Shown here: piece by piece, positions 14,320-27,130 of the stretch
Position numbering within the stretch: position 1 is the stretch's first letter
Layout: every line of letters begins with the position of its first letter
DNA from: Camelus ferus
Taxonomy: Eukaryota
Assembly (NCBI RefSeq): GCF_009834535.1
Contig: NC_045696.1
Location: 105,774,001-105,838,000, forward strand
DNA: 64,000 nt
Direction of reading: 5' to 3'
Translations under genes and position numbers: made by a program
The notes under the pieces: model-generated
Databases searched by the model: none
Told to the model about the DNA's origin: nothing
What the model saw: only the letters and a program-made list of their open reading frames with translations

Positions 14320-14505
14320 TTTGGATCCTGGCTCTTCACTTAGAAGCTGTGTGACATCAGAGAAGCCAGTCAACCTCTATGAACCTCATTCTAAAAATTG
14401 AAATAATAGTGCTACAACACTGAGCTTTTTTAAGTATTCAAATAAATGATTACAACACTTAGCCTGGTGCCTGAACAAAGAAATCCTCAATACATGGTAG
14501 CTGCT
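14320..14505 (+). mobile_element. MIR SINE
   Basis: ATCCTGGCTCT..ACTTAG..GCTGTGTGAC...AACCTCT..GAACCTCA. Confidence 0.7.
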
Positions 14506-17310
14506 GCTCCTATGGCCTCTGAAGCTGCCGCTGCTTTTGCTTCTGGCATTAGCTTTGGTCTTGGGGATCACTGCAGTTGCCCTCGCCCTCAACTCCTGAC
14601 CCCACTGCTACTGTTAAACACAAGCCTGAATTCTGGCACTAAGCCGGGTCCAGGTTCTCAGGGCTGAAGGAGTCATTTCCAGCACTCTGGTTGGGCTGCT
14701 CAGGACCTACTGACAATCAGGCCTGGGCTTGGGCTGTTTATACTAGAACCGTTAAAACAGGAAAATATGCAAACCCTTCATTCACAGGGATCCGGCTATT
14801 GTTGGGTCAGAAATGATATTTTTGTTTCTAAAATAAAAAGTACATTTGCTACCTTACTCACACACACATACAAACACATCCGCGGGGGGGGGGGGGGGGG
14901 AGTTGTGTCTACAGAGCTAAAAAGGCAGAGTAAATTATTTAGTTCATTTGACCAGCTCAAGAAGCCAACTTGGAAAGGTCCCTTTGATCTGATGGCTTGC
15001 TTAAAATGTGCTCAACAAGCCCGAAATTGGCTGGGCTCTATTTTATATGTCCACAGACTAGGCTCCTATCCAACACCCTAACAAAATGCCTTCAAAATCC
15101 ATCTCCCAGACTTGATGGGGGGACGCCACCTTCATCCAGAAAAGAGGCTAAAGGGGAATTTCATAAATTACATTCATTCAGCCAGCCTGATCCCAGTAGA
15201 CTCAACTGCACATCAAAATCTCATGGAGAAAAATTTTAAAGGACAGATTTCAAGATCCTCTTCAAACCGAATAGCTTTTGCCTCTCTGGGGCTGGTGCTT
15301 GGCAACCTATGATGTGTATCTGTACGTCAGTTCCTCCAGGTGATTCTGATGAAACCCACAGAGCCATGTTAGGGAACCACTGCTGTTCCCAATTGAATTG
15401 AAAGCTGAGGTTTCTCTGAGTGGACTCCGGAAAATACAGATTCCAAAGAATCTTCCATTGGGACCACATGGAGTTACAAAGAGCCTGATTCAAACACCGG
15501 ATGTGTGTGTGAGTGTATGTGTGTATGTGTGGGGGGGGGAGGTGAAGACATGTTTGTTTTGTGTGATTTTTCTTGTACTGTTGTCTGTGCGTGTGTCAGG
15601 CCTCTTTGGTCACAAGTAACATAAACCCACCAGAGCTGGCTTAAACCAAACAGCAGGGGTAGGGGGAGATTGTTATGAGGATTCACAGGTGACCTCTGGA
15701 GCCCCTGGCAGGGTAGCAGCCAGACTCCCTGAAGGGCTGGGACAAGGGTTGAGGTGATGGCAGGAACCCAGGTGGCTTCCCTCTGCAGACCAACTTTTCC
15801 TGCTGCTCTGGTCAGGCTTCTCCTCTGCTCTGCTCAAGGGAGGAGCCCAGTTATAGCTAAAATCTCTGAGTCCCAATTCCGTTTCCTGTGAGAGAGAAAC
15901 TGGCCCACCTGGATCAGGTCCTGTCGACCAGAGCTGCTGGTGAGGGGGAGGGTCTTCTAGTAGTTTCTGCTGGTTCCTTCCTGTGGGGAGAGAACAGTCA
16001 CGGCACTCACTGAAGACTAAACAGACACCTTCCCCTGCCCAAAGTCTGATTTGCTAAAGTTTGGCCTCTCCAACTACTCAATCAGTAGCTCAGAGGTTCT
16101 GGATGCTAGCTGAGCTCCAAAAACCACCTGGGAAGCCTTAAAAAATACTGTGCCTGGGTTCCATATATGAGGTGTAACAAGGGCATCAGGATTTTTCAAA
16201 CAACCCTGATGATTCCAACATACAATAGCAATAACTAAATAGGGAACTGAGAGCCAATTTAGCCATTTCCTAAATACACAGTCTCAAAGTACAACCAATT
16301 AAGAGGAAAAGTATGAAAACCTAATGGGTTGCACATGGTTTATTTTCATCTAAATTGGAGACTGACATCCTAATCCCAATGTTAAATGCCATGATTATTC
16401 ACATTCGACATTTTCTAAACCTCTTGGTGTAAATGTTCAGTTACATCCTAAAAGAAACTTGCCTTTTCTGGAGATCCTGAGGTCCTAAAAACAAAGGATG
16501 CCTCTCCACGGTTTTTGTTGACCCCAGCCCCCCAGTAGACCAACTGCCCCATCTTTCCCAAAGTCACCAGCTTGCTGCGCAGACTCAGAGCTCCCAACAC
16601 TGAAGCTGACTGACCTTCGCTGGCTCCCATCCCAGACCAGTGCTTCAGGGTTTCCACCCAGCAGCCTCTGACCCAGGAAACAAAAAAGGAGAGACTTTAT
16701 CTCCTTAGCCAAGCTGGCAAACACTGATCAAAGCCTTGTCCTAGTCCATGGCAGGCTTGAGAAGCATCATTATTTTCTTTTGTTTCCCCTCCTGGTACGC
16801 TTCTTCAGGCAATTAATCAGCCAATCAACAAATATTTTATAAATAGCTATGATGTGCAAAGCAGGGGGAAAAAAAGGAAGTATCACTCCAAGGACAGCCT
16901 GTCACTGGCAGAAGTGCAACAGTGACCCCTCTCGGCCTGGCCTTGCACGGATCGTAAGGAGCACATTAAAGGGGTCCCTTCTTCAGGCGCTTTCCAGCCT
17001 GGCCCAGGGCTAGGACTCAGACACACCTAGAGGGTGAGGGACGTCAGGAAGAAGGAAGCTGTCATGCTGAGTTGTGTGCAGGAATGGAGGAAGCTGCTCT
17101 TCCCATGCCTAAACCCCTCTGAAAGCTGTCCCCTGCCCCCAGAACCAGACAGCAAAGACAGCAAGACCAAACTGCCTCTGAAAGCTGGAAAGGCAGTCAA
17201 CAAAAGGCCAGTGACTGATGGAGGATATACAGAAGGTGGAGCTGGGCACACATACCATGACCCCTTTGAGGTTACAGGAAGGGCTTGGAGATGACAAATA
17301 AAGCCTAGGG

Positions 17311-17480
17311 TAGTGGTTTCCAAAGTGTGGAACCCAGATCATCAGTCTCACTGGGACCTTATTGAAATGCAAATTCTCAAATTACTCAAACCCACTGAAT
17401 CAGCAACCCCTGGGGGTTGGGACAGCCCTCCAAGTCCTCCAGGTGACTCTGGTGCACACTCAAGTTGCAGAACCAGTGGT
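17311..17480 (+). mobile_element. MER5A-like hAT element
   Basis: AGTGGTTTCCAAAGTGTGG...GAAATGCAAATTCTC...CCTCCAGGTGACTCTG. Confidence 0.8.
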
Positions 17481-17814
17481 CTACTCTAGGGAATGCAGGG
17501 AGAGGACACATTCTTTCCAGACTTGGTAAGTCTAACTCTTCCAGGTTCTTCAATCCCTAAATGGATTCCATGAAGCCAGGCAGGACCTCAGAGATCTCAC
17601 CCCAGAAAGAATTACTGCCCTGTCCTCCCCCATATCCCTCCCCCGGGCCCACACACACATTCCCTGCCAGGAACTTCTGGCCCAGACAGGGTGACACACA
17701 GCCAGAGTCCTCTCTAGAGGCAGGGAAGCTGGAATAGAAGCATCACTCAGATGAGATGCCTGGAGTCCTAGAGCTGTGACACAAGTTTTTGTTTCAAATT
17801 TTTATTTTATTTTC

Positions 17815-17936
17815 CGGGGGGGGGGGGTGGTAATTAGGTTTATTTATGTATTTATTTTAGAGGAGGTTCTAGGGATTGAACCCAAGACCTCATGCATGCT
17901 AAGAATGCACTCTACCACTTGAGCTATAATCTCCCC
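17815..17936 (-). mobile_element. Vic-1-like SINE
   Basis: Reverse complement of the tRNA-Ala head plus AAACCTAATTACC tail. Confidence 0.9.
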
Positions 17937-18221
17937 GTTACCGTTTTTTTCCAAAGGTTGTTGACAGCTGCCCGCTTACCTGCACAGGCTGCACAGACTT
18001 CCAATCTGTGAACTTTGGAGTGGGACTTGGTTTGTTCACTTTTGGACAGAGGTGATGGATCAAAAACAGGCTCCAAAGGGAGCAGTGAAGCAAGGGACAT
18101 TCCTCAGTAGGTGGGTCCTTTGAGCAGTTAAACTGAATAGTTTACCCTCTGTAGACTTCTCTGGGACTCAGCCATCTGAATTCCAGGGCAAGAAGGCCAA
18201 GCTCCTGCCTCCATATTTGTC

Positions 18222-18410
18222 AGGTGGTTCTCAGTGTGATGTCCCTGGACCGGCAGTACCAGCATTACCTGGGAAGTGCAAATTCTCAGTCTCCACCCTA
18301 CCCCTCCTACAGAATCCGCAGTTCTGGGGGTGGGGCTCAGCAATGTGTGCTTTAACAAGACCTCCAGGACATTCAGAGCCTCCCTAGCCCGAGTTTGAGG
18401 ACCACCGGCC
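18222..18410 (+). mobile_element. MER5A-like hAT element
   Basis: GTGGTTCTCA...GCAAATTCTCAG...TTTAACAAG...AGTTTGAG.ACCAC. Confidence 0.8.
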
Positions 18411-18449
18411 TGGGAGTGATTTAAGCTCAACCAGGAGGCAGCCCAGAAG

Positions 18450-19000
18450 TGGGGTGCCTAAATGTCGTAAAGGATTCGGACCCTGGAGGGCCAGAGACTC
18501 CACCCGCCCCGCCGCGGAGCAGCGGGCGAGCAGCCCCCCCAGTGCACGGTCCCCGCCAAGCTTCGCGGGGTCGGCAGGCCCCAGGGTCGCGGGGAGGAAT
18601 GACGGCCGTGAGACTCCACCCTGACTTGTTTTGTTCCATTCCGGGAGGAATAATTTGTTTCGTATTGGAATCAAAGTGCCTCTCGCGGCGCTTCCGTTTT
18701 ATCTCGGCGGCTCTCGGGCCAGGGCGCGGCGGCTGCTTCCCATTAGGGCGGGAATGGTCCCCATTACGAGGCCGGCTCCGCGCGGAGCCCGTTCCGCCGA
18801 CCGGACGCAGCTGACCCGCCTCTGCCCCGCGACATCCAGACCCCAGCTCCCCCGGCCTTGACAAATGGCCCCAGAGAGAAGCGGGACCCGGCGGCTGGAG
18901 CCGGCCCTGGCCGTCCCAAGAGCTGGCCTCCGTTGCTTGGCTGTCCCGTGCCTGCCACTACACCGTTAGGGCGCCCCTTGGGGTCAGGTACTGCCCTCCC
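18450..19000. promoter_or_regulatory. Orphan CpG island
   Basis: Local CpG/GC-rich block with a GGGCGG box, set in CpG-poor flanks. Confidence 0.7.
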
Positions 19001-19614
19001 CCACGAAGGGCACTTATAGGCCCCCATCTCTTCAGTGGCAGTAAGTTCAAAGGGCTCTCAGATTTAGGACCTGGGCCTACCAAAAGCGGCCCCTAGGAGA
19101 AAAGCGTCACAGGATTCCCCAGAGGAGAGGAAAATGTTTCCTGTTTACCTGTTTACACAGCACCTGGGCCCGGGGCCTTCACAGCTGTTCAAAGAAACCG
19201 GGTAGCCCTGGTTTTCTCCTACCTGGGTATCCATTTTACAAACCGTATAAAAACATCAGTGAAGAGAAGATTCAAAACCAAAAACCTCACTCAGTCCCCC
19301 TGCAGATAACGGGGGCACTAAATGCAGACCACAGCCCTGGCCAAATCAAGTTTACCTGCCCATCCTGGCTTCCCCAGGGTGGCAGAAGATCTGTGCTGGG
19401 GACCTGCCATGGCTTGGCAAAACAGCAGGACACCCCTACCTACAACCACCAGAGCAAAGTGTGACAAACAGCTTTCATGTTCCTACCGAACATCACACAA
19501 ATTTTTATTTCATTCATTTTTTTATATTGCACAAACAATATTCTAATCATCACAACTTAAAAATAGGATGGAAAGCCAATAATCATCCAAAATCTGACCA
19601 CTAACAAAGCAATT

Positions 19615-19725
19615 TTTTTAATATTTTTATTTATCATTGTATTATTTAATGATTTCATTTTGGCAGGAGTGGGGGAGGTAATTGGGTTTACTTATTTTTA
19701 GAGGAGGTACTGGTGATTGAACCCA
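19615..19725 (-). mobile_element. 5'-truncated Vic-1-like SINE
   Basis: B-box and tail only; AAGCAATT on both sides. Confidence 0.75.
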
Positions 19726-21212
19726 AGCAATTATTTTCATTTTTCCATGTTGCTACACAGTTCACAACTATTTAACTAGTACATGAAATTCAGCTATATG
19801 GATTTGGCCTAATTTATTTTATTCCACCATTCAGGATCGTCTTACGTTTTTCACTGTTATAAAAAGAAAACAAAAAAAATATGCCACACTGATGAAGGAT
19901 GCTGAGGGTAGGGGAGTATATATGTGTGGGTGGGGAGAGCTATGTGGGAACTCTGTATTTTCTGCTCAATTCTGTTGTGAACCTGAAACAGCTCTTAAAG
20001 AATAAAGTCTATTAAAAAATAACTTAATATTTTCAAAATGAATAAATAAATGAGTCTTTCCTGGTTAAAAAAAGAAACTTAAAGGTCTCTTCTTTGATGA
20101 AGCCCCTCAAATTGTATGCAAGCCTTTTGTGTATATAAGTGGTGCTTTCATGAGAGAAGATGTCAGTAGCCTTCACCTGATTCCCAGGGAATTTCTTGAC
20201 CTCATAAAAGGTTGAGAAGCCTGAACCTAATACTTACTGCCTGAAGGAATGGAAGGAAATTAATAAATGAATAAAATGGTAAAAAAAAAAAAAAAAAAAG
20301 AAGAAGAAAGAAAAAAAGAAAGAAAGAAAGAAAAGATTTGTTGAGGAGTGTATACTGTATTTTAGTAACTTTTACAAGATAGGCAATAGATATTCTTTGC
20401 AGGGAATTTGAAAAATTCAGAACATTATGAAAATCAACCATAATCCCAACTCCCCTTCTGTTCATCAAGCTCTTCTCACCTCTGAATTCCTATAGCACGT
20501 GTCCCCATACCCCCACGACTTCACCCCCACTCATCTGTCAGGTCTTGCTTTGTATTTAATGGCTGTTTGTCTTTTCCATACTGTTTGACTGTAATATTAT
20601 TGAAGCAAAGACCATACACTTTTCATCTCGATAATAACCATAATAGCTAGTTTTTATTGGGTACCTAATCTGTGGCAAACATAATACAACCTTACCTCAC
20701 TGAATTCCCACAGGCTAGATTTTATTTCCTTTTACTATATGGAGAAAGCAAGGCTGAGCAAGATTAAATAATTGATGCAGGGTCACCCAGCTTGTAAATA
20801 GCAGCCCTAAAACAGAAGCTGACTTCATACTCATGCCCTTGAACTTAGAGTAGAAGTACACTGATAGATAACTTCTAAAATCTTTACTGTTCAGGATTAT
20901 ATTAATCTAGTTGTGATTAATAACCTGCTGTATCTTTGAATCAATTATAGTACATTTGGATTTTAAAAAAAGAATTTTAACAATGAGCTTATTATCTCAC
21001 AAAAGAGAAGACTTAGAGATTAGGGGCTCCTGCCTCTAGGTACAGTCACTCAAAGACTTGGGCATGAGCCCTGCTACTTGTCATCTTTCACCTCTGTGGA
21101 CTGTAGCAGGTCCAGGCAGTCAGATTTTAAGATGTCTGATAGGAAAAATAATCATTTCCTCCAAGCTCTTTCGTAGGAATCTGGACCACTTTCCCAGAAG
21201 CCATCAGCAGAC

Positions 21213-21690
21213 TGTTACCAAGTCCAAGCTCATACTTGCTCACCCTGTGACAGACCAGTGGATGAGCTGTTGGGGCAAGGAATAGCAACTTTATTCAGAA
21301 AGCCAGCAGACCAAGAGGATGGTGGACTACTGTCCCAATGAGCCATCTTGCCTGAATTAGAATTCATGCTGCTTTTTTACTCACAGGGGAGCAAAGTCAA
21401 ACATTTCTTGGTTCAGGTCAGCCTCCTGAGAGGATGTGTTAATTTCTTCCTTCTGCTGTCATTCACAGGTGGGCCTGGGCAGGAGGTTTCCTGTGAGCTA
21501 TACCAAGGTATTTAAGCTAAATACTCATTATGTGGGAGGCAGAGTTCCCAGAAATGGGCCATTATGCATAATTTAAGCTTATAGGCAACATCCCTTTGGT
21601 GATTAACTTGTAGCAAAAGCAATAGAACACAAAGGTTAAAGTAAAAGAAACAGATCCAGTATGGAGTCAGATCTGTTCTTCCCTAGTACA
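21213..21690 (-). mobile_element. ERV1-type solo LTR
   Basis: TG...CA termini, 4-bp TSD AGAC (21209-21212 and 21691-21694), minus-strand AATAAA near 21290. Confidence 0.85.
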
Positions 21691-22782
21691 AGACTTCCTC
21701 ATGAGCCAGAACTGAGCTGCATGCTTGTTCCCATTTGCTGGGAAAAAGATGAGACCACCATGGCTAGCTCAGACTCACTGGGGTCTGCCCAGGAGCAGGG
21801 CCAGGTCTCTACAGTATTTCAGTTTCCTGCATCCCTGAAAAAAAAGTAGATTCTCTGAAGAAGGAAAGTGGGAAAAAGGGGAATGGCTGTTAGAGAGGCA
21901 GAGAACACTATTATCTTAAAGGGAAGTGTACCCCAAAATTAATGTATGTGAGCTAAAGTGGAAGCAATTTGAAAATTTCCTCCTCCACTTGGAATAGCAT
22001 TATTTGTCTTTAAAGCTGTCTATAGTTGTAAGTAAATCCATTACATGTAAACTGTCAAGTGACTTTGGGGGAAGAAAAAGGGTTCAACTGTATGACTTTG
22101 AGACTGGACTGCTGTTGGGGTCAGAGGTTCCTCTGCTGTCTGGCCCTGTCTCTCTCTCCAACTGCTGGTTTCTCCCAGGGTCCCCCTGCTTCTCCAGCAC
22201 CTCCCTGTGGTGCCTGCTTTATCAAGCACCCCCTCAGACCACTGGCTCCCTCCTGGATTTGGTGGCCACCAAGACTGCTCTGACCATCACTCCCACTGCA
22301 AATTAACATCCTCTCTTGGAAATTCCCAATTCCAGTTCAAGAGAGGTGACTCTGGGGCTGTCCATCCTGTCAAGGCAGCCACCTCAGAAGTTGCTGGCCT
22401 GGCCAACATCTGGAGTGACTGCCCTGGGGTCACAAGCTACCCTAGGTCCAAATAGCTCTGACCAAGGAAGGGAACAGGGTCACTTGTCACCAAAACTAAC
22501 TACTGAGATCTACTCCTTTGGGAAGGCCCAGGGAAGGGGGGAGGGGTGAGGCCGGGCACCTGCCATTACAAGGTCTGACTCGGAGTTCATTTTGCTTTTC
22601 TATAGCAGAACCTATCCTCCACGTAAGTTAGCTCCTTATCTCATTCAAATCTGCCCACACAGTAGGTGCTTAATAAATGCAACATGGTCGATCTACTTAT
22701 CCTAAGGAACTGTTATAGGCCAATGTTTATTCAGCTTTAACATGTGTGCAAACCACTTGGGTCTTGTTAAAAATGCAGATTA

Positions 22783-22880
22783 GGGGGTAGGGGATAGCTC
22801 AGTGGTAGAGCATGTGTTTAGCATGCACAAGGTCCTGGGTTCAATCCCTAGTACCTCCATTAATAAACAAACAAACAAGC
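22783..22880 (+). mobile_element. Vic-1-like SINE within a MER5-like element
   Basis: GATAGCTCAGTGGTAGAGC...GGTTCAATCC. Confidence 0.88.
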
Positions 22881-23189
22881 ATATTTTAATCCAGAAGGGC
22901 TGGAGTGGAGCCTGAGCTCTGCATATCTAACAGGATCTGCATCAGCCTCAGGTGAGGCAGTTGCAGCCCACCCAGAGCACAGTGTCAGCAACAAGGTTGT
23001 AGGTGACCTTGGGACTTTCTTCCAACCCAGGATATCTGTGGTTTTAAGATTCTATCAGCCTGCACCCTCCCTGCCCACCAGGCTGCCTAGCACTTTTCCC
23101 CATTAACCAGACACTTCTACCTCCTTCAGTACCTTTGCTTGGGCAGTTCCTCTGCTTGGAATGCTCTCCCTTGGTCCCATGCTGTCCAG

Positions 23190-23397
23190 ACTACCACAGC
23201 CCCACTCACATTTCGGACCAGGTAATTCTTACTCGTGAAGGGCTCTCCCGTCTGCTGGAGGACGTTTAGCCAGCATCCCTGGTCTCCACCCATCAGAGGC
23301 CAGGAGCCTCCTTCCTCAGTTGTGACAACCATAAAGGTCTCCAGACACTGCCAAATGTCTCCTGGAGGGCAGAATTGCCCCGGGTGGAGAACCACCA
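23190..23397 (-). mobile_element. MER20 (hAT) DNA transposon
   Basis: GTTGTGACAACC...TCTCCAGACACTGCCAAATGTC...GAGAACCAC. Confidence 0.85.
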
Positions 23398-23679
23398 CTC
23401 TAAAACCTTGAATCAGAATCCACATTTTAACCAGACCCCAGGCGATTCACATGCATATTACAATTTGAGAAGCACTGCTCTGCTCGATGACACACACAGC
23501 TCCAGTCTGAACACTCACTCTCTCCTCTGAACTCTCACAGCCCTTGCTCTCTGTGCCTCTCACCTGACGGGTCCTCACACGTCTCTGCAGTAATGTTTAG
23601 CTGTAGTTAGGATCCCAGCTTGAGCCTCACTTGTTCTCCAAGCAGGGATGCAGAGGGGCTGGGATGTAGCACACACCTG

Positions 23680-24215
23680 AAGTTTTGGTCCTATCTGGCA
23701 TCTTTTCTCCTTTCTTCTTCTAAGAGTACCTTGATTTCCTTTGGGGAACTACCTCTCACTCTCACCCCAGTAATTCAGATGGAACCATACACACTCCCAC
23801 CTCCACTCTCATGGGAGAGGAAGTATATTTCACTCCTATCTTCCACAGGGATTGTTTCAATGGCAGGCAAGTGACTTAAGCCAAGGAAACCCAATTCCAG
23901 AACTTTTGTAGGGACTGAAGGCAAAGAGAAGCTCTTTTTCTACCAAGCCATGTAGCTCTAGGAAGACATAAGCCTGGAACTTTTGAGGGCACCCAGGTGG
24001 AGAAAGTCTGCCTTAGAGTAAGGCCAACACAAAGGAAAGCAGAACAGACAGGAGAGGCTGAGTTCCAACCATGTTGTTTGAGCTCCTCGTTCCAGACACA
24101 CCTGAAGACTTGCCATGAGTTTTCAGCGATATAAACCAACAAATTGCCTTAAAAAACAGAACTGTGAGCAGCTTGAGTTTCCATCATCTGCAAACAGCAG
24201 ACTCATGACTAATAT
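23680..24215 (+). mobile_element. MaLR LTR (MLT1I/J-like)
   Basis: CACCTGAAG...TTTTCAG...AAACCAACAAATT...TGACTAATA end. Confidence 0.6.
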
Positions 24216-24562
24216 GTGGGGCCTTTTGAGGAGTTAGGTCATCAGAGATGTTCGGTGGATTCCTATGGAGCCACAGGATGAAGCAGAAGAGTTCTCATCA
24301 GGAGGGTCCTAAGAGCCCCAGGACATCAGGCAGCACTACATCCATGCCCAGGTCACCAGGTGCAACCCTGAGCCAGGGAGGTGGCATCCTCCACCTCTGA
24401 TGAGGTCACTGCCTGGCTGCAGGAAGACCACAACTGTGTGGCCCCCTGGGTCCTCAAGGACTGCAGCTTCAAGAGGCTAGATGACACCCCCTGGACAAGA
24501 GAAGAGCCTCACAGACATAGACCTGGGCAGCAATGGCAGTGAGCAGTCGCCACCCTCAAATT

Positions 24563-24576
24563 CCACCAGGGGGCAG
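24563..24576 (+). promoter_or_regulatory. CTCF motif (forward)
   Basis: CCACCAGGGGGCAG, a full match to the core consensus. Confidence 0.6.
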
Positions 24577-25320
24577 GGCAGACTGGAGTAGAAGAAGGTG
24601 GAAGAATGTGTGTGAGGCTCCTGAAACGTTCGTTGCCCGGCAACTCTGGAAGCACAAAAGGCGTTTTGCAGCAAGTTGAGGTCTTGCATCCTGCAGATAG
24701 AGAACAAAGCCACTGAAGTCAATGGTTAGAGCTGGGTACCCTTAGCATCCCACAAGGAAAGGCTCCATGGCTCTCAGTTTCAATAAGTTTTCCTGAAGAT
24801 GCTCTGGGAAGGCGGCAGATGCTCAGAGGGGATGACCAAGGGCTACCCCTATGACCTGGGCACAGGGGTTCCCAGCTCCACCGGCATGGTACCAAAACAG
24901 CAGCGAGGCCCAAAAGGACCAGGACCGTGCAGCCTAGGACAGCAAACAGCTTGGAAGTAATGTCTGAAGACTGATGTCCCAAGGCCCCTGACATCAGACA
25001 GGATGGGGGATTAGTCAGACTTAGGATCAGTCGAAGAGGACGAGAGTTTGTGCTGTTTCTTTTACACCTGAGTTTGTGGAACAGCATTCAGTCCTGTGTG
25101 TGTGGTCTCTGCCCTCTCCAGGGTAACCTGTTAGGCAAGGGAAGGTCTCCATGTATCTGAGCAGAGTTGGGAAACCAAACTCCAGCAAGTAAACAAGCAG
25201 ACTGACAGGAAACTTGTTTTGCAAGTAGAATCATCAGAGGAAACTCTAGACTCAGAGGCTCTGGGATGGAAACCTTCTCACACATCACCCAGCCCAACCC
25301 CTTCAGAAAGCTAAAAGCCA

Positions 25321-25451
25321 GGGGCGTAGGGGAGTATCTCTGTGATAGAGCCCACAGCTAACACTAGCACAAGGTCCTGGGTTCAATCCCCAGCACCTTC
25401 ATGAGAAACAAATAAATAAATAATAATAGCATATTGAAAAAAAAAAAAAAA
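25321..25451 (+). mobile_element. Degenerate Vic-1-like SINE
   Basis: B-box GGTTCAATCCCCAG and A-rich tail. Confidence 0.75.
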
Positions 25452-25829
25452 GGCAGAGGAGGCAGGGGATTTGCCCAAGGTCACAAAAGGTCGGTGGTAC
25501 AGCCAGGAGCCAAAGCCGGGCCTCCCGACCCCAGGTCTGTGTGGAGCTGTGCCCTGTGCTTCAGGACACCCCTTCCGGTCATCCCCCCCAAAATCTCCAG
25601 GTTTCAGAGTAAGAAAGGGACAAGGGTTTTTGTCCCATGTGTTTTTTGTACAAACACTTGGACTTCTTACTCTGGAATTTCACAGTGGGAGCACATCACT
25701 ATCACTTCTTTGAGATAATGCCCCTCGTCCTGACCCATAAAGCTGCAGCCTTATTTATTGCCCCAAACCAGCCTTAGCCAGTATTGAGTTAGATGGTAAC
25801 AAGTAGCCATCATTGACTGAGCACTGAAT

Positions 25830-26365
25830 TCCTCAGGGTTTTCCAGAGAAACAGAACAGAGAGAGAAAGAGAGAGAGAGATTGATTTCAAGGTGGCAAAT
25901 CTGAAATCTTGAAATCTGCAAGACATGCTAGTAGGCTGGAAATTCCAGTAGGAGTCCACGTTGCAGTCTTGAATCCAAAAGCAATCTAAGGGGGAGGGTA
26001 TAGCTCAGTGGTAGAGTGCGTGCCTAGCATGCACACGGTCCTGATTCAATCCCCAGTACCTCCATTAAAAATGAATAAATAAAAACCTGATTACCTCCGC
26101 TCAAAAAAGAATTTTAAAAAAAAATTTTTTTAAAGCAATCTAAAAACAGCATTCCTTCCTTTTCGGGGGGGACGTCAGTCTTCTTCTCTGAGGTCTTCAA
26201 CTGTTTTGAGGCCCAATCACATTATGGAAGGGTATCTGCTTTACTCAGAGTCTACTGATTTAAATGTTAATCACATCTAAAACATAACTTCGTATCAACA
26301 TCTCTCCTAACCAAACAACTAGGTACCATCACCTAGACAGTAACATGGAAAACCAGCCATCACAA
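25830..26365 (-). mobile_element. ERVL LTR (MLT2-like)
   Basis: CAGGGTTTTCCAGAGAAACAGAAC...CTACTGATTTAAATGTTAATCACATCT...CCATCACA. Confidence 0.8.
25990..26131 (+). mobile_element. Vic-1-like SINE nested in an MLT2-like LTR
   Basis: tRNA head; TSD AAAGCAATCTAA. Confidence 0.92.
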
Positions 26366-26647
26366 GCACTTACTCTGTGCCGGGCACTCAGATAATCTCG
26401 ACAACAAACCTATGAGGCAGCTGTCATCACCCCATCTCACAGAAGAAAAACCCAGGGCTTAAGCTAACAGGAAGTTGTGGGCCAGGCCTAGAGCCCCAGT
26501 CTCCCTTCCTTGTCCATGGCTTCCCCCTGCCTCACTATTTCTCTCTCAGCTGCTAGAGCACAAAAGATGCTTCTAGGCTGCAGGCTGCAGTCACCGATGC
26601 ACATTAGACTCACTGGCAAAAACTACTTTAAAAATAAACAAAAACCA

Positions 26648-26822
26648 GGGGGGACAGGGTGTAGCTCAAGTGACAGAGCGCATGCTTAGTGTGCACGAGG
26701 TCCTGGGTTTAATCCCCTGTATCTCCTCTAAAAATAAAGATATAAATAAACCTAATTACCTCCCCCAAAAAAAACCTAAATAAATAAATAAATCACTCTA
26801 AACAAACAAACAAACAAACAAA
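26648..26822 (+). mobile_element. Vic-1-like SINE
   Basis: tRNA head, AAACCTAATTACCTCCCC tail. Confidence 0.9.
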
Positions 26823-27035
26823 CTAATGCTCAGACCCCATGCCCAGAGATTCTGATTTCATTGGTCAGAGGTGGAGCCCTGAGTATCAGTATTTTAACCT
26901 CTCCCAACTGATTCCAACGTACAACGAGGCTGAAAACTCCTGTTCTAGAAAGTGGGGCAGTGAAAGGCAGGAGTTCCTCTCTTTTGTACAGTGTAAGTTG
27001 CCCAACAGGCAATACACAACCTAAAAGGAAATCAA

Positions 27036-27130
27036 GGGGGTGGGGTATAACTCAGTGGTAGAGTGCGTGCTTAGCATGCCTGAGGTCCTGGGTTCAAGTT
27101 CAATCCGTAGTACTTCCATTAAAAAAAAAA
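27036..27130 (+). mobile_element. Vic-1-like SINE (short form)
   Basis: tRNA head, poly-A, TSD AAATCAAG. Confidence 0.9.

Noticed and set aside
25990..26065. tRNA-Ala(AGC)-like sequences as true tRNA genes
   Set aside because: All have SINE tails, mismatches or TSDs; they are SINE heads.
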